DNA of 64,000 bases from Candidatus Marinacidobacterales bacterium (GCA_965197495.1 OZ240210.1:2126092-2190091), one strand, 5' to 3'; shown: positions 10,020 to 19,615, counted from the first letter of the stretch. Notes: a model not told the origin generated them from the sequence alone. Made by a program: numbers and translations.

Positions 10020-12238
10020 ATGACCAGACGACTCGTGTCCGTCCTATGCCTCCTGGCGCTTCCCGCTCTCGCGTCCGCCGCGCCGAAGCGCTCGCTGACG
10101 CTCGAAGACATATTCGCACCAGACGCTGACTGGGACGGTGTGTCCCTGCAGAGCCTACAGTGGGAAGCTGACGGATCTGCGTTCCTCTACGTGGACGCTG
10201 ACCCGGACGGCAAAACCAAGAACATCTATCGGGAAAACGTCGACGACGGCAAGCGCACCGTCGTGGTCGACGGCAAGTCCCTGGTGCTCGGTTCGGGCGG
10301 TGCGCCCATCGCGTTCACTGATTACCAGGCGAGCGAGGACGGCCGGTTTTTCGTGATTGCCGGACCTCGGAGTCAGGTCGACTTTCGCGGCTCCCCGCCT
10401 CGCGATCGGAGCTACTACCTCTACGACACCGTGACTCGCGCCCTCAGGCCTTTGTCGGGCATCGCCGGCGGTCAGCAGTACGCCAAGCTGGCGCCCGACG
10501 GCACCAGGATCGGCTTCGTTCGTGCCGGCAACCTCTTCGTGGTCGACCGGGCGTCAGGCACCGAGACCCAGCTCACCTTCGACGGGAACGATGACATCCT
10601 GAACGGCGTGAACAAGGGCCTCGGGGCGGATGGCTGGCGCTGGTCGCCCGACGGCAAGCGGATCCTGTTCGTACGCGTGGACCAGAGTGCGGTAGGCACC
10701 GTTCCCCTCATCGACTTCCTGACGGCGCATCCGAGGGTGCACTGGAAGAAGTATCCGAAGGCAGGGGAGACGAACTGGAAGCTGCGCGTCGGCGTCCTTC
10801 ACCTCGAGTCGGGCCAGACGAATTGGCTGCAGCTCGGCCCGGACACGGACGTCTACTTCCCGCGGCTGAAATGGACGCGCAACCCGGCACTGGTAGCGGT
10901 CGAGCGCCTCAACCGGCAGCAGAACAGGCTCGAGCTGCTCTTTGCCGACGTGACCACCGGCGCATCGCGAGTGATCCTGACGGAGACCGACCCGTACTGG
11001 GTGCGAATCGACGATGACCTGACGTTCCTCACGAGCTCCGACCGTTTCATCTGGACGTCGCAGCGGAGCGGGTATAAACACGCCTACCTGTACGACTACG
11101 ATGGCCGCTTATTGAACCGGATCACGAGTGGCGAGTGGGAGATTAACGCTGCACGATCGCGCCACGCGGTGCTCGGTGTCGACGAGGCGGATGGCTGGCT
11201 GTACTTTGACGGCAAGAAGGACGGGGTCGTCGAGCAGCACGTCTACCGCGTGAGGCTCGACGGCCAGGAGCTCGAGCGCTTGAGCCGCAAGCAGGGGTGG
11301 CATGCGGCGTCCGTCTCACCCGATGCCAAGCATTTCCTGAACACCTTCTCCGATGTGAACACACCGCCACAAATCAGCATGCACCGATCGGATGGCGGCC
11401 TCGTGCGCTGGGTGAGGAGGGGTGAGATGGCCGGCTTGGCAGATTTTGAGCTGGTGAAGCCAGAGTTCCTGACGGTGCGGACCAGCGACGGGGTGGATTT
11501 GAACGCCGTCATGATCAGCCGGCCGGGTTCAACCCGAAACAGAAGTATCCGGTCGTCTTTTACGCTTACGGTGGCGTGAGCTCTCAGACGGTGGTCAACC
11601 GGTGGGGCGGCGACCGATGGCTATGGCACCAGTTGATGACTCAGAAGGGCTACATCGTGTTCACGATCGACAATCGTGGCACAGGCGGCCGAGGGAAGGC
11701 TTTCGAGAACTTCATGTACCAGAACCTCGGCACTTGGCCGCTGCGCGATCACATCGAAGGAGCGAAATACCTGGCCCGCCTGCCCTACACGGACCCCTCG
11801 CTGTTCGGCATCTGGGGCAGGAGCGCTGGCGGATACCTCACGTGTCTGGCCCTGACCGAAGGCTCGGACTACTTCACGGTCGGGGTGTCGCACGCACCGG
11901 TCACGAACTATCGTTTTTATTCGAGCTCCTGGGCCGAGCGGTACATGGGCTTGCCGAAGGAAAACAAAGCCGCTTACGACAAGGAGGCGGTGGTCACCTA
12001 CGCGTCCAAGCTGAAGGGCCACCTTTTGCTGGTGCACGGGATTGCGGACGACAACGTACAATTGCAGAACACCGTTGAGGTGGCAGAGGCGTTCCAGGCG
12101 GCCAACAAGCAGTTCGATCTAATGTTCTATCACGGGCGCGACCACTCGCTGCGAGGCGGCAATACCCAACTCCACCTGTTCACGCTGATGACCGAGTACT
12201 TCCTCCGTCATCTTCCGCCGAGCGTTCCCGAAAGTTAG
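10020..12238 (+). CDS. Dipeptidyl-peptidase IV-like S9B serine peptidase (secreted), with one internal frameshift at about 11523
   Basis: The N-terminal 519-aa ORF has a signal peptide (MTRRLVSVLCLLALPALASA) and a DPP-IV-type beta-propeller. The second ORF, 11576..12238 in another frame, holds the catalytic domain: GRSAGG (GxSxGG), a D in HGIADDNV, and an H in GRDHSL. Re-reading 11500-11580 in the second frame gives ...AGFNPKQKYPVVFYAYGGVSSQTVVNRW. The sequence reads atcagccgg where atcaagccgg is expected, i.e. one A is missing from an AA run. Confidence 0.8.
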
Positions 12239-12309
12239 ATGACGCCGACATTGCGGGCGGCATACGGCACTGAAAGTTTCGTGAGAAAAAGTTCGTAAGG
12301 AGAAGAAGG

Positions 12310-13761
12310 ATGCACTCGAAAACAAATCATCCTCGATTGCGGTGGATGGTTATCTTGTTGTGCCTGGCACCGCCGGTTGGCGCCGCGGCGCAACAGCCAG
12401 CCGAGCTGATCATCCGCAACGGGGTCATCGTGACCTCTGACGGACGTTCCGAAGGCGATATTCGGGTTCGTGACGGTGTCATCGTCGAAATCGCGCAGAA
12501 TCTGGCTGGCTCCGATGGCGCTCGGGAGATCGACGCCAGCGGGCTACTCGTCTTGCCCGGGGGGGTCGACCCCCACGTCCACATCGATCGGGCCGATGAT
12601 TTCACCAGCGGCTCCGCGGCAGCGCTCGCCGGAGGGATCACGACGATTTCCAGCCTCGCGTTTCCGCAATCAGAAGAAAGTCTCGCGGAGGCCGTCGAGC
12701 GCCAAGCTGAGCTGGTGCGCGCCCAGGCCATCGCCGACGTCATGCTCCATCCGGGCATCAACAATCCAGACGTCCAGCAGGCGCAGATAGCATCTTTGCC
12801 GGGGCTCGGACAGACGAGCGTCAAAGTCTTCATGAGCCGTTCGGAATTCGATGAGAAAAGCCGGGCTTACCTGGCGACGATGGCCGCGGCCGCCGAAGCG
12901 GGAGTTTTGACGATGATGCATTGCGAGGATGCCGCGATCGTCGCGCATACGCAGGAGCGTCTGATGGACGAAGGCCATAGTTCGCTCCAATACTTTTCCG
13001 ACAGCCGGCCCGTCCTGGCCGAAGTGACCGCCACACACCGTGCGGTGGCGATGGCCGAGGCGACTGGAGCGCCGATCTACCTCGTGCATCTGTCCGCGGA
13101 ACGGGCGTTGCGTGTCGCCGAGGAAGCCAAAGCGCGTGGCTTGCCGGTTTATGTCGAAGCGCTCGGGATCTATCTCCATCTCACACGGGACAAGCTCGAG
13201 GGACCGAATCGGGGAATGTATATCCACCACCCCCCGCTGCGCGAAAAGAACGACCAGGATGCGCTCTGGGAGGGAATCGCTGCTGGAACGGTCCACGTGC
13301 TTGGAACGGACCACGTGCCCTATACGAAAGAGCAAAAACTCAATCCCTCGCAAACGGTGACCGACCACCGGCCCGGCATCCCCAACTTGCAGGAGATCCG
13401 ACCGATGCTGTATTCGGAAGGGGTCCGGACGGGACGAATCACGGAACAACAGTTCGTCGCCGTGACCGCAACGAATCCGGCGAAGCTATTCGGCCTCTAC
13501 CCCCGAAAAGGCACGATCGCGGTCGGCTCCGATGCCGATCTGGTTGTGTGGGATCCGAACGAGACTCGAACGATTCGAGACGAAGATATGCTCTCTAACA
13601 CCGGCTTCTCCATCCACGCTGGCCAGGAAGTGACTGGCTGGCCCCGGATTACGATTCGTCGCGGCGAAATCGTGTACGAGAATGGTCGGATCACGGGTGA
13701 GCCTGGCAGCGGTGAGCTGCTTCGTCGCAAACGATGGCAGGTGCCGAACCTCGAAAGCTAG
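12310..13761 (+). CDS. Cyclic amidohydrolase (D-hydantoinase/dihydropyrimidinase-like), secreted
   Basis: The N-terminus is signal-like. LPGGVDPHVHID carries the HxH metal motif. GTDHVPYTKEQK carries the catalytic D. The length is 483 aa. Confidence 0.75.
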   Translation: MHSKTNHPRLRWMVILLCLAPPVGAAAQQPAELIIRNGVIVTSDGRSEGDIRVRDGVIVEIAQNLAGSDGAREIDASGLLVLPGGVDPHVHIDRADDFTSGSAAALAGGITTISSLAFPQSEESLAEAVERQAELVRAQAIADVMLHPGINNPDVQQAQIASLPGLGQTSVKVFMSRSEFDEKSRAYLATMAAAAEAGVLTMMHCEDAAIVAHTQERLMDEGHSSLQYFSDSRPVLAEVTATHRAVAMAEATGAPIYLVHLSAERALRVAEEAKARGLPVYVEALGIYLHLTRDKLEGPNRGMYIHHPPLREKNDQDALWEGIAAGTVHVLGTDHVPYTKEQKLNPSQTVTDHRPGIPNLQEIRPMLYSEGVRTGRITEQQFVAVTATNPAKLFGLYPRKGTIAVGSDADLVVWDPNETRTIRDEDMLSNTGFSIHAGQEVTGWPRITIRRGEIVYENGRITGEPGSGELLRRKRWQVPNLES

Positions 13762-13965
13762 TTGCCGTGCGTCCGACCGTTAGCGGTTCCCGCCATAGGC
13801 GCGTGTGCACAAAAGTTTGCCTGGTTCGAACGAGCGAAGCCACCGGCCGAGGCCGGTCCTCACAACACCGAGTTAGACCCGGAAGCCGCCTGAGACAGCA
13901 TCGACATGCAAAGAAACGAACGATTCTGACGACCCGCCCAGCGATGAGAATTCAGAATTAAATCA

Positions 13966-14175
13966 ACCCCCGGCTCAAGCCGGGGGATTGCGCGGGCGCG
14001 TCGACTGGAAGTCGACTTCATGCGCCCGCTTCATTCTTAACCCCCCGACTTCAGTCGGGGGAGTCTCGTCCCCTTCGGGGACTTCGACAAATCTTCTCTT
14101 CGCCTAAAGGCGAGGGGTTTCCAACATCCCCGGAAGAGACACTAACGTTCTAATGGCACGTCGGTCAGACCGACG
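13966..14175. repeat. Cluster of six GC-rich hairpins, two near-identical, in a non-coding gap
   Basis: The hairpins are cccccggctcaagccggggg (13966-13986); gcgggcgcg[gtcgac tggaa gtcgac]ttcatgcgcccgc (13992-14029, nested); cccccgacttcagtcggggg (14041-14060); gtcccc ttcg gggac (UUCG-type loop); cgcctaaaggcg; and gtcggtcagaccgac. No coding frame spans the region. Confidence 0.35.
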
Positions 14176-14419
14176 CGAGGGCAAGCCGAGTGAACACTGT
14201 GGCACCAAAGCCCGTGAACACGATTGGCTCCTCGCGCGCGGTTTCCATTTTGGCCAGGAGGGGAACGGCCATTCGCGTCCATCCGGGGGAATCTCCCTGA
14301 TGACCCGTTCGCCGGACTCTTGTTAAGTGACCGACTGTAAGTATTGGGAATCGGGACGTTTCCAGCGCTTGTCTTTGGTTTACATGCACTGAGCCTGCGT
14401 GTTCCCTGCAAAGCGCTTG

Positions 14420-14696
14420 TTTTCGGGCCCAATAGGAGGGGGTTACCAGGGGTTTAGGCGTGGAAAGGCAGTCGATAGACCCGTAGTGTGCCAAAACTCG
14501 GCCGACGCGAAGCAGCACCTCGTAGGGTGGCGTCTTTCCGAAGTAAGAATAGCCCCGCTGCCCCGAACGGCTAGGTCTAGTTGTTCCGGAGCCATGTACT
14601 GCAAGGTGCCGAGAATGACGCCGTCCTCCGTCAGCGGCTTCTCGGGAGCAAGGGCGCAACGTTCGGGATGGCTTCTGAGGGTGTCAACGGTTTTAA
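14420..14696 (-). pseudogene. Distal remnant of the ParE/RelE-like toxin gene that was split by IS-B
   Basis: Removing IS-B and one TSD copy in silico joins ...ggtggctcgacaagttgcttaaa|accgttgacacc.... In a -1 frame this continues AARWLDKLLKTVDTLRSHPERCALAPEKPL..., which is ParE-helix-like. A further frame contains ...YEVLLRVGRVLAHYGSID, resembling a ParE C-terminal strand. At least two frame changes are needed, so the fragment extents are uncertain. Confidence 0.3.
14691..14696. repeat. Target-site duplication TTTAAG, left copy, of IS-B
   Basis: The sequence is ggttttaag|ctgaagttcc at the left end. The same hexamer is at 18855-18860 (acttcag|tttaag). Confidence 0.7.
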
Positions 14697-14775
14697 GCTG
14701 AAGTTCCTTGCTGAAAAAACCAAGATCCGGTGTTGATCCAATAAGATAGATGGAATCAATGGTGCTGGCTTCTGT

Positions 14776-15163
14776 CTACACGGTGATACCTTTGAGCAAG
14801 TCGTAGGCTCTCTGCTGTTTCGAGTCCGGAGTTGTCGTGACATCGAAGGTGGGCTCGTCGGGTCCGGCTTCCGGTCGCCGACATTTGTTTCGGACGATGT
14901 TGCTGAGAAGGCGCAGCAGCGTGCGGAAGCTGGAAGCTGGTCTCCCATCGTCAAGCTTCTTGGTGTGTATCTTGCGCAGGGCTGCGTCGGAGCGTTGCGC
15001 CGGAGCGACGGGGTCACGCTCGGCCTTCGCCTGCTGCTCCTCGTCAGAGAATACTAGCGGGCGCCAAACCTCCATCATGTGCCACAGGACGTAGTAGGCC
15101 AGCATGCACAAGAAGATGTGCGCCCGGACTCGGTTTTCGCGCCGGTGACGAATCGGCCGCACC
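14776..15163 (-). pseudogene. C-terminal part of the IS-B transposase, separated from the N part by IS-A
   Basis: The track ORF 14776..15249 reads ...KVRPIRHRRENRVRAHIFLCMLAYYVLWHMMEVWRPLVFSDEE...KGITV. This is identical over this stretch to the C-terminus of the plus-strand copy at 42621..43124. It continues the 17115-18697 piece exactly at ...FKSMDL|KVRPI once IS-A is removed. Confidence 0.8.
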
Positions 15164-15169
15164 TTTAGG

Positions 15170-17108
15170 CGGAACTTCCGCCGGCTAGACGCATGTAAAC
15201 CCGTACGTTTAAAGCAGATGCGGCGGTTCGAAATGTAATATGTACGCATGTAATAGTGACAGAACAGTTTATTTTACTGATTTAATCCTGTATAGTCGGC
15301 GCATGTACATCGCCAAGGTGCCGAACCGCAACTCGCCCCCAGCGATTCTCATCCGCGAAAGCTACCGCGAAGGCGGTGCGCCCAAAACGAGGACCGTCGC
15401 CAACATCTCGAAGTGGAAGCCCGCGCGAATTGAAGCTCTTCGCCAGTTGCTGAAGGGCAACGTGGATTTGGGTGAGGCTCAGCAGTTCGAGATCACCAGA
15501 AGCAAGCCTCACGGACATGTTGCGGCCGTGCTGGGAACGCTGCGCAAAGTTGGCCTCGAGCGAATCATCCATAGCCGCCAGCGCCGAGAGCGTGACCTCG
15601 TCGTGGCGATGATTGTGGCGCGAATCGTAGAGCCGGGCTCCAAGTTGGCCACGGCCCGTGGTCTATCGAAACAGACCTTGACTTCGTCATTGGGTGAGTG
15701 TGTTGGAGTTGAAGACACCAACGAGGATGAGTTGTATGATTCCCTGGATTGGCTTTTGAGCCGCCAAGCAGCCATAGAGAAGAAACTGGCGAAACGCCAT
15801 CTGCAGCAGGGCAGCCTGGTTCTCTACGACTTGACGTCGACTTGGGTAGAAGGTCGGTCGTGCCCTCTGGCGAAGCTCGGTTACTCGAGAGACGGCAAGA
15901 AAAACAAGTTGCAGATCGTGTTCGGCTTACTGTGTGAGCGTGATGGTCGGCCGGTCGGGGTAGAGGTGTTCGAAGGCAACACCGGAGATCCCGCAACACT
16001 GGGGAGCCAAATTCGCAAAGTCCGAGAACGTTTTGAGCTTGACAGTATCGTCTTCGTAGGTGACCGAGGGATGATCACCGAAGCCCGGATTCGCGAGGAA
16101 CTTCGACCGGAGGAAGGTCTCGAGTGGATCAGCTCACTTCGTGCCCCTCAGATTCAGCGACTTGCAAAAGACGGAATACTGCAGCCTTCTCTGTTCGATG
16201 AACTCGACCTAGCGGAGATCCATCATCCTAGCTTCCCTGGTGAGCGACTCATCGCCTGCCGCAACCCTCTTCTTGCTACCGAGCGGGCGCGGAAGCGAGA
16301 AGAGATGCTTGTGTCGACGGAGTCAAAGCTAGAAGTGATTAGCAAAGCGACGAAGCGAGACCAACGTCCTTTGCGAGGCAAAGATACCATCGGCATACGA
16401 TTGGGTCGAGTGTTCGCTCGGAGCAAGATGGGCAAGCACTTTCGCTACACCATTACGGACGACGGCTTCGACTTCGAGCGCGACAACGAAAACATCGAGC
16501 GTGAGGCGGCCCTCGACAGCATCTATATCATCCGAACAAGCCTCACCGAAGAGGCCATCTCCGCAGACGAAGCTGTCAGGACCTACAAAGGCTTGGCAGT
16601 CGTTGAACGCGCTTTTCGTTGCTGCAAAACCGTGGATTTGAAAGTACGGCCCATCTATCACTACAACGCTGAGCGAGTTCGAGCTCACATCTTTCTTTGC
16701 ATGCTCGCCTACTACGTGGAATGGCACATGCGAAAAGCCCTCGTCCCGATCTTGTTTGACGACGACGACCCTGACGGTGCCCATGCCAAACGCTCATCCA
16801 TCGTCAGCCCAGCAACGCCTTCAGACTCCGCCCAGGCAAAGGCTTCTACCAAGAAGACTCCCGACGGGTTGCCCGTCCACAGTTTCAGAACGCTTCTTTC
16901 TGATCTTGCTACGGTCACGAAAAATCAGGTCGAAAACGAAGCCCGCGGCCTGTCCTTCGTCAGCATCACTCGCCCCACACCCTTGCAGCACAAAGCATTC
17001 AACCTGCTCGAAATCAACCCCCGCACGATGTAAGCAGTACACACACCTCTCTTCAAAAACAAAGCCAATGATGCCCACACTTACGCTTGTTCATCCGTGG
17101 AAGGTCCG
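15170..17108 (+). mobile_element. IS-A: IS1634-family element (about 1.94 kb) inserted into the IS-B transposase gene; 6-bp TSD TTTAGG
   Basis: The left end is cggaacttccgcc (15170-). The right end is ccgtggaaggtccg (-17108). These are imperfect inverted repeats (cggaMcttccRcSg). TTTAGG lies at 15164-15169 and 17109-17114. The uninterrupted target sequence ...catggacctaaaggtgcgg is preserved in the partial copy at 42.7 kb. Confidence 0.75.
15303..17033 (+). CDS. IS1634-family transposase of IS-A (intact)
   Basis: The protein begins MYIAKVPNRNSPPAILIRESYREGGAPKTRTVANISKW... and is about 576 aa. It is paralogous to the IS-B transposase (MHIDIVPNRNSKPAVLLRESYRD...). The C-terminus ...RAHIFLCMLAYYVEWHM matches the IS4-superfamily C-terminal region. 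Confidence 0.85.
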   Translation: MYIAKVPNRNSPPAILIRESYREGGAPKTRTVANISKWKPARIEALRQLLKGNVDLGEAQQFEITRSKPHGHVAAVLGTLRKVGLERIIHSRQRRERDLVVAMIVARIVEPGSKLATARGLSKQTLTSSLGECVGVEDTNEDELYDSLDWLLSRQAAIEKKLAKRHLQQGSLVLYDLTSTWVEGRSCPLAKLGYSRDGKKNKLQIVFGLLCERDGRPVGVEVFEGNTGDPATLGSQIRKVRERFELDSIVFVGDRGMITEARIREELRPEEGLEWISSLRAPQIQRLAKDGILQPSLFDELDLAEIHHPSFPGERLIACRNPLLATERARKREEMLVSTESKLEVISKATKRDQRPLRGKDTIGIRLGRVFARSKMGKHFRYTITDDGFDFERDNENIEREAALDSIYIIRTSLTEEAISADEAVRTYKGLAVVERAFRCCKTVDLKVRPIYHYNAERVRAHIFLCMLAYYVEWHMRKALVPILFDDDDPDGAHAKRSSIVSPATPSDSAQAKASTKKTPDGLPVHSFRTLLSDLATVTKNQVENEARGLSFVSITRPTPLQHKAFNLLEINPRTM

Positions 17109-17114
17109 TTTAGG

Positions 17115-18697
17115 TCCATGCTCTTGAAGGAACGAAACGCCCTCTCGACCTGGGTCAGCAACTTGTAGCTGCGCACTGTGTCGTCGGTTTTCATCCGCTG
17201 CTCAGCAAGACTGGTGCGGATCACGTAGATGCCGTCAAGGGCAGCTTCCGTAGTGACCTTTGTGTCGTCGATTTCGAAGCTAAAGCGGTCGTCGCGAATG
17301 TCCAGCTTGAAGTGCTTGCCGACTTTGTACTTGTTGAGAACTCTGCCTACCCGCACACCGATTTTATCTTTACCATGCAGCTGGCCTCGCCCGATCCGTT
17401 GGCGAATCCGTTCCAACTGCTTAACGATCGTCCCCATGTGTCGCTTCCACCGCTGGAGCCGTTTGTTGGCGAGCTCAGAGTTGCCGTTGGCGAGGCGCGA
17501 GGCGTCGGCAGCCATCGTTGTCTCGTCTAGCTCGAAGTCGAAACCGTCGTCACGGATGTCGAGCCTATAGTACTTGCCGACCTTGTACTTGTTGAGGAGC
17601 TTTTTCACCGTAGCACGGATGTCCTCCTTGCCGTGCAAACGGCGCCGCTCGACCATCCGACAAACCTTCTCCAGCTCCTTGCAGGTTGCTTCGAGCAGAG
17701 CACGACGCTTGTGACGCCGCCTCTCGGCCAGCTCCGGATTGCGGCAAGCGACCAGCCTCTCGTTGGGGAAATCCGGGTGCGTCAACTCAAACAGGTTCCG
17801 CCTGTCGAATAGCCCCATCTGGATCACCCCATCGTTAATGAGCTTGCGAATCGGTTCGGGACGCAGAGCGGTAATCCAGTCGATACCGTCCATCTCCCGT
17901 AACTCGTCGATCTGGGTCTGGGTGATCATTCCGCGGTCGCCCACCATCACAAACTGCTCGATGCCGAACCGCTCTTGCGCATTTTCTACCTGAGGCAACA
18001 GCGTTTTGGGATCGCCCGTGTTGCCCTCAAAGACGGATACCGACACGGGGATGCCGCGTTCGTTGGTCAGCAGGCCGTAGTTGACCTGCAGCTTGCCTTT
18101 CTTGCCGTCACGGTTGTATCCGAGCCTGGCCAGCGGACAACTCACCCCCTCGAAGTAGCTTGAGGTTAGGTCATAGAGCGCGAGGCCGTCGTTTTGAAGA
18201 TGGCGCGCCGCGAGTTTCTTTTCGATGACCTCCTGGCGTTTGAGAACCCAGTCCATGGCGGCATAGAGATCGTCTTCGCGGGCATCGCTCACCCCCAGGA
18301 TTTCGGGCAGTGTGGTTGTGTGCCACCACAGGCTAGTCGCCAGCTTCGACTGCGGTTCGAGGATCCGGGCGACTACCATGGCCACGACCAAATCCCGCTC
18401 TGGTGAGTGTCGAGAGCCAACGAGCTTTTCGAAACCGAGCTGTCTCATGGCACTGAGCACCGCGTCGACGTGGCCATGGTGCCGGGAGCCGTTCTCGACG
18501 ATTTCGAAGGCGTCTTCGAGCGAAACGAGCTTTTGCCCCTTGAGTATGCGTCGGATGGCATCGACCTGCTCGCTCGGCAGTTTGGACAGGTTGGCAAGTG
18601 TGCGCTTGCGCGGTTTCTTGCTCTTGGCATCCCGATAGGACTCACGGAGCAAAACGGCGGGTTTGGAGTTGCGGTTGGGCACGATATCGATGTGCAT
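17115..18697 (-). pseudogene. N-terminal about 530 aa of the IS-B IS1634-family transposase, interrupted by IS-A
   Basis: The track ORF 17081..18712 reads MYIVAMHIDIVPNRNSKPAVLLRESYRD...FRSFKSMDL. It then reads into IS-A sequence (NGPSTDEQA*) and stops. The normal continuation, KVRPIRHRR..., is found at 15163 and in the copy at 42.7 kb. Confidence 0.8.
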
Positions 18698-18854
18698 GGC
18701 TACTATATACACTATATAGGCATATATAACAACAACAAATACAATAAAACATGGCTACTAATTGCAGGCAAAAATCACACCTCTAGCGCTGTAACTCCAT
18801 GCGACTAAAGGTACTTTACCGAAGCGTGGGAGGGCTTACTGGGCAGAACTTCAG

Positions 18855-18860
18855 TTTAAG
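18855..18860. repeat. Target-site duplication TTTAAG, right copy, of IS-B
   Basis: See 14691-14696. Confidence 0.7.
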
Positions 18861-18970
18861 CAACTTGTCGAGCCACCGATGCGCGCAGCCGGGGACTGAT
18901 TGTAGTACCAGCGGTAGGCCTCTCTGAGCTCAGTCTTCGCCGTCGGCTGAATGATGATCCGGTAGTTCAC
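18855..18970 (-). pseudogene. N-terminal fragment (about 38 codons) of a ParE/RelE-family toxin, truncated by the IS-B insertion
   Basis: A GTG start overlaps the antitoxin stop (GTGA). The fragment reads VNYRIIIQPTAKTELREAYRWYYNQSPAA..., which is a RelE/ParE-like beta1-alpha1 region. IS-B is inserted after ...STSCL with TSD TTTAAG. Confidence 0.45.
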
Positions 18971-19260
18971 TCAGCGGACGGTGTGTCGACTTCCTCTCGG
19001 ATGTCTCGAACGGCATCCTCGATACGCTGCCCTTCCCGTCGCCTCGACTCCTCGAGTCCCTTTCGGATTCCGGCGATCGCCTCCAGGCGGTCCACGAGCT
19101 CCAAAAGCCTCTGATACGAACCCGCGTCCTGGACGACGAGCTCGGCCCGACCATTGATAGTCAGGACAATCGGATCACCGCTCTCCTTGAGCTGGCGCAC
19201 AAGCCCGGTCGTGTTCCGCTTGAAATCGGTGAGGGGATGGATGTCCTTAGTGATGTCCAT
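18967..19260 (-). CDS. Phd/YefM-family type II antitoxin (intact)
   Basis: The protein reads MDITKDIHPLTDFKRNTTGLVRQLKESGDPIVLTINGRAELVVQDAGSYQRLLELVDRLEA... (97 aa). This is the classic Phd/YefM fold signature. The toxin-like ORF starts 4 nt before its stop. Confidence 0.8.
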   Translation of the reverse strand: MDITKDIHPLTDFKRNTTGLVRQLKESGDPIVLTINGRAELVVQDAGSYQRLLELVDRLEAIAGIRKGLEESRRREGQRIEDAVRDIREEVDTPSAE

Positions 19261-19399
19261 CTTAGCCTCCGCATCAAATTAGCATCTTTTGTAATGCTAA
19301 CCTGCGAGGCCCTTGAAAGCAAGCGAGGACGTTGTCCGGCAAGCCAAAACGTAAAACTGGTCGCGCAGGCGTCGGTGAGGATAGCGTCGTTGTCCGAGC

Positions 19400-19615
19400 T
19401 GACGCTGATCGTCGATGGCAATACCATGGAGCAGGTCGAACTCGCCGGGACCCGTACCAGGCTCGCCCCACTCCATGAGATACTCGCCGTCCTTTGAGAA
19501 CTTGACTACCCGCGTGTTGATATATCCTAGGGAAGTTTATAAATCCAAGGAATTGTGTGCGGCTCCGAATTCTTGGCGCAAACGAGTGGGCCGCAGAGTA
19601 CCGCCTTTCCTTAAA
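19400..19615 (-). pseudogene. Inverted relic of an NHL-gene paralog: about 100 bp matching NHL codons (3423-3519) fused directly to about 100 bp matching the NHL upstream repeat region (2615-2712)
   Basis: The reverse complement of 19400-19507 matches 3423-3519 (encodes SKDGEYLMEWGEPGTGPGEFDLLHGIAID). The reverse complement of 19508-19615 matches 2615-2712, including two TTCCYTRGGA repeats. The about 710 bp that separate these segments at the intact locus are absent here. Confidence 0.6.

Larger units (their letters stand above)
14697..18854 (-). mobile_element. IS-B: IS1634-family (IS4-superfamily) element, about 2.2 kb of its own sequence, carrying nested IS-A; terminal inverted repeats CTGAAGTTC..., 6-bp TSD
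   Basis: The ends are ctgaagttccttgc (14697-) and gggcagaacttcag (-18854), inverted 9-bp matches. They are flanked by TTTAAG on both sides. The internal transposase is split into 17115-18697 (N part) and 14776-15163 (C part). The IS-proximal 140 bp (18713-18850) is AT-rich, unlike the host DNA. The same IS end ...gcaaggaacttcag recurs at 43202. Confidence 0.75.

Noticed and set aside
13966-14175. tRNA or tmRNA
   Set aside because: No GGTTCGAATCC-type T-arm, no CCA-adjacent acceptor pairing and no ANDENYALAA-type tag frame were found on either strand.
14560-14640. Kinase activation-loop-like motif GVILGTLQYMAPEQL in one frame of the toxin remnant
   Set aside because: It is a striking match to GTxxYMAPE. 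No HRD/DFG or other kinase subdomains occur in any frame nearby. The same stretch also aligns with the ParE loop region. I treat it as coincidental or uninterpretable without HMM scoring.
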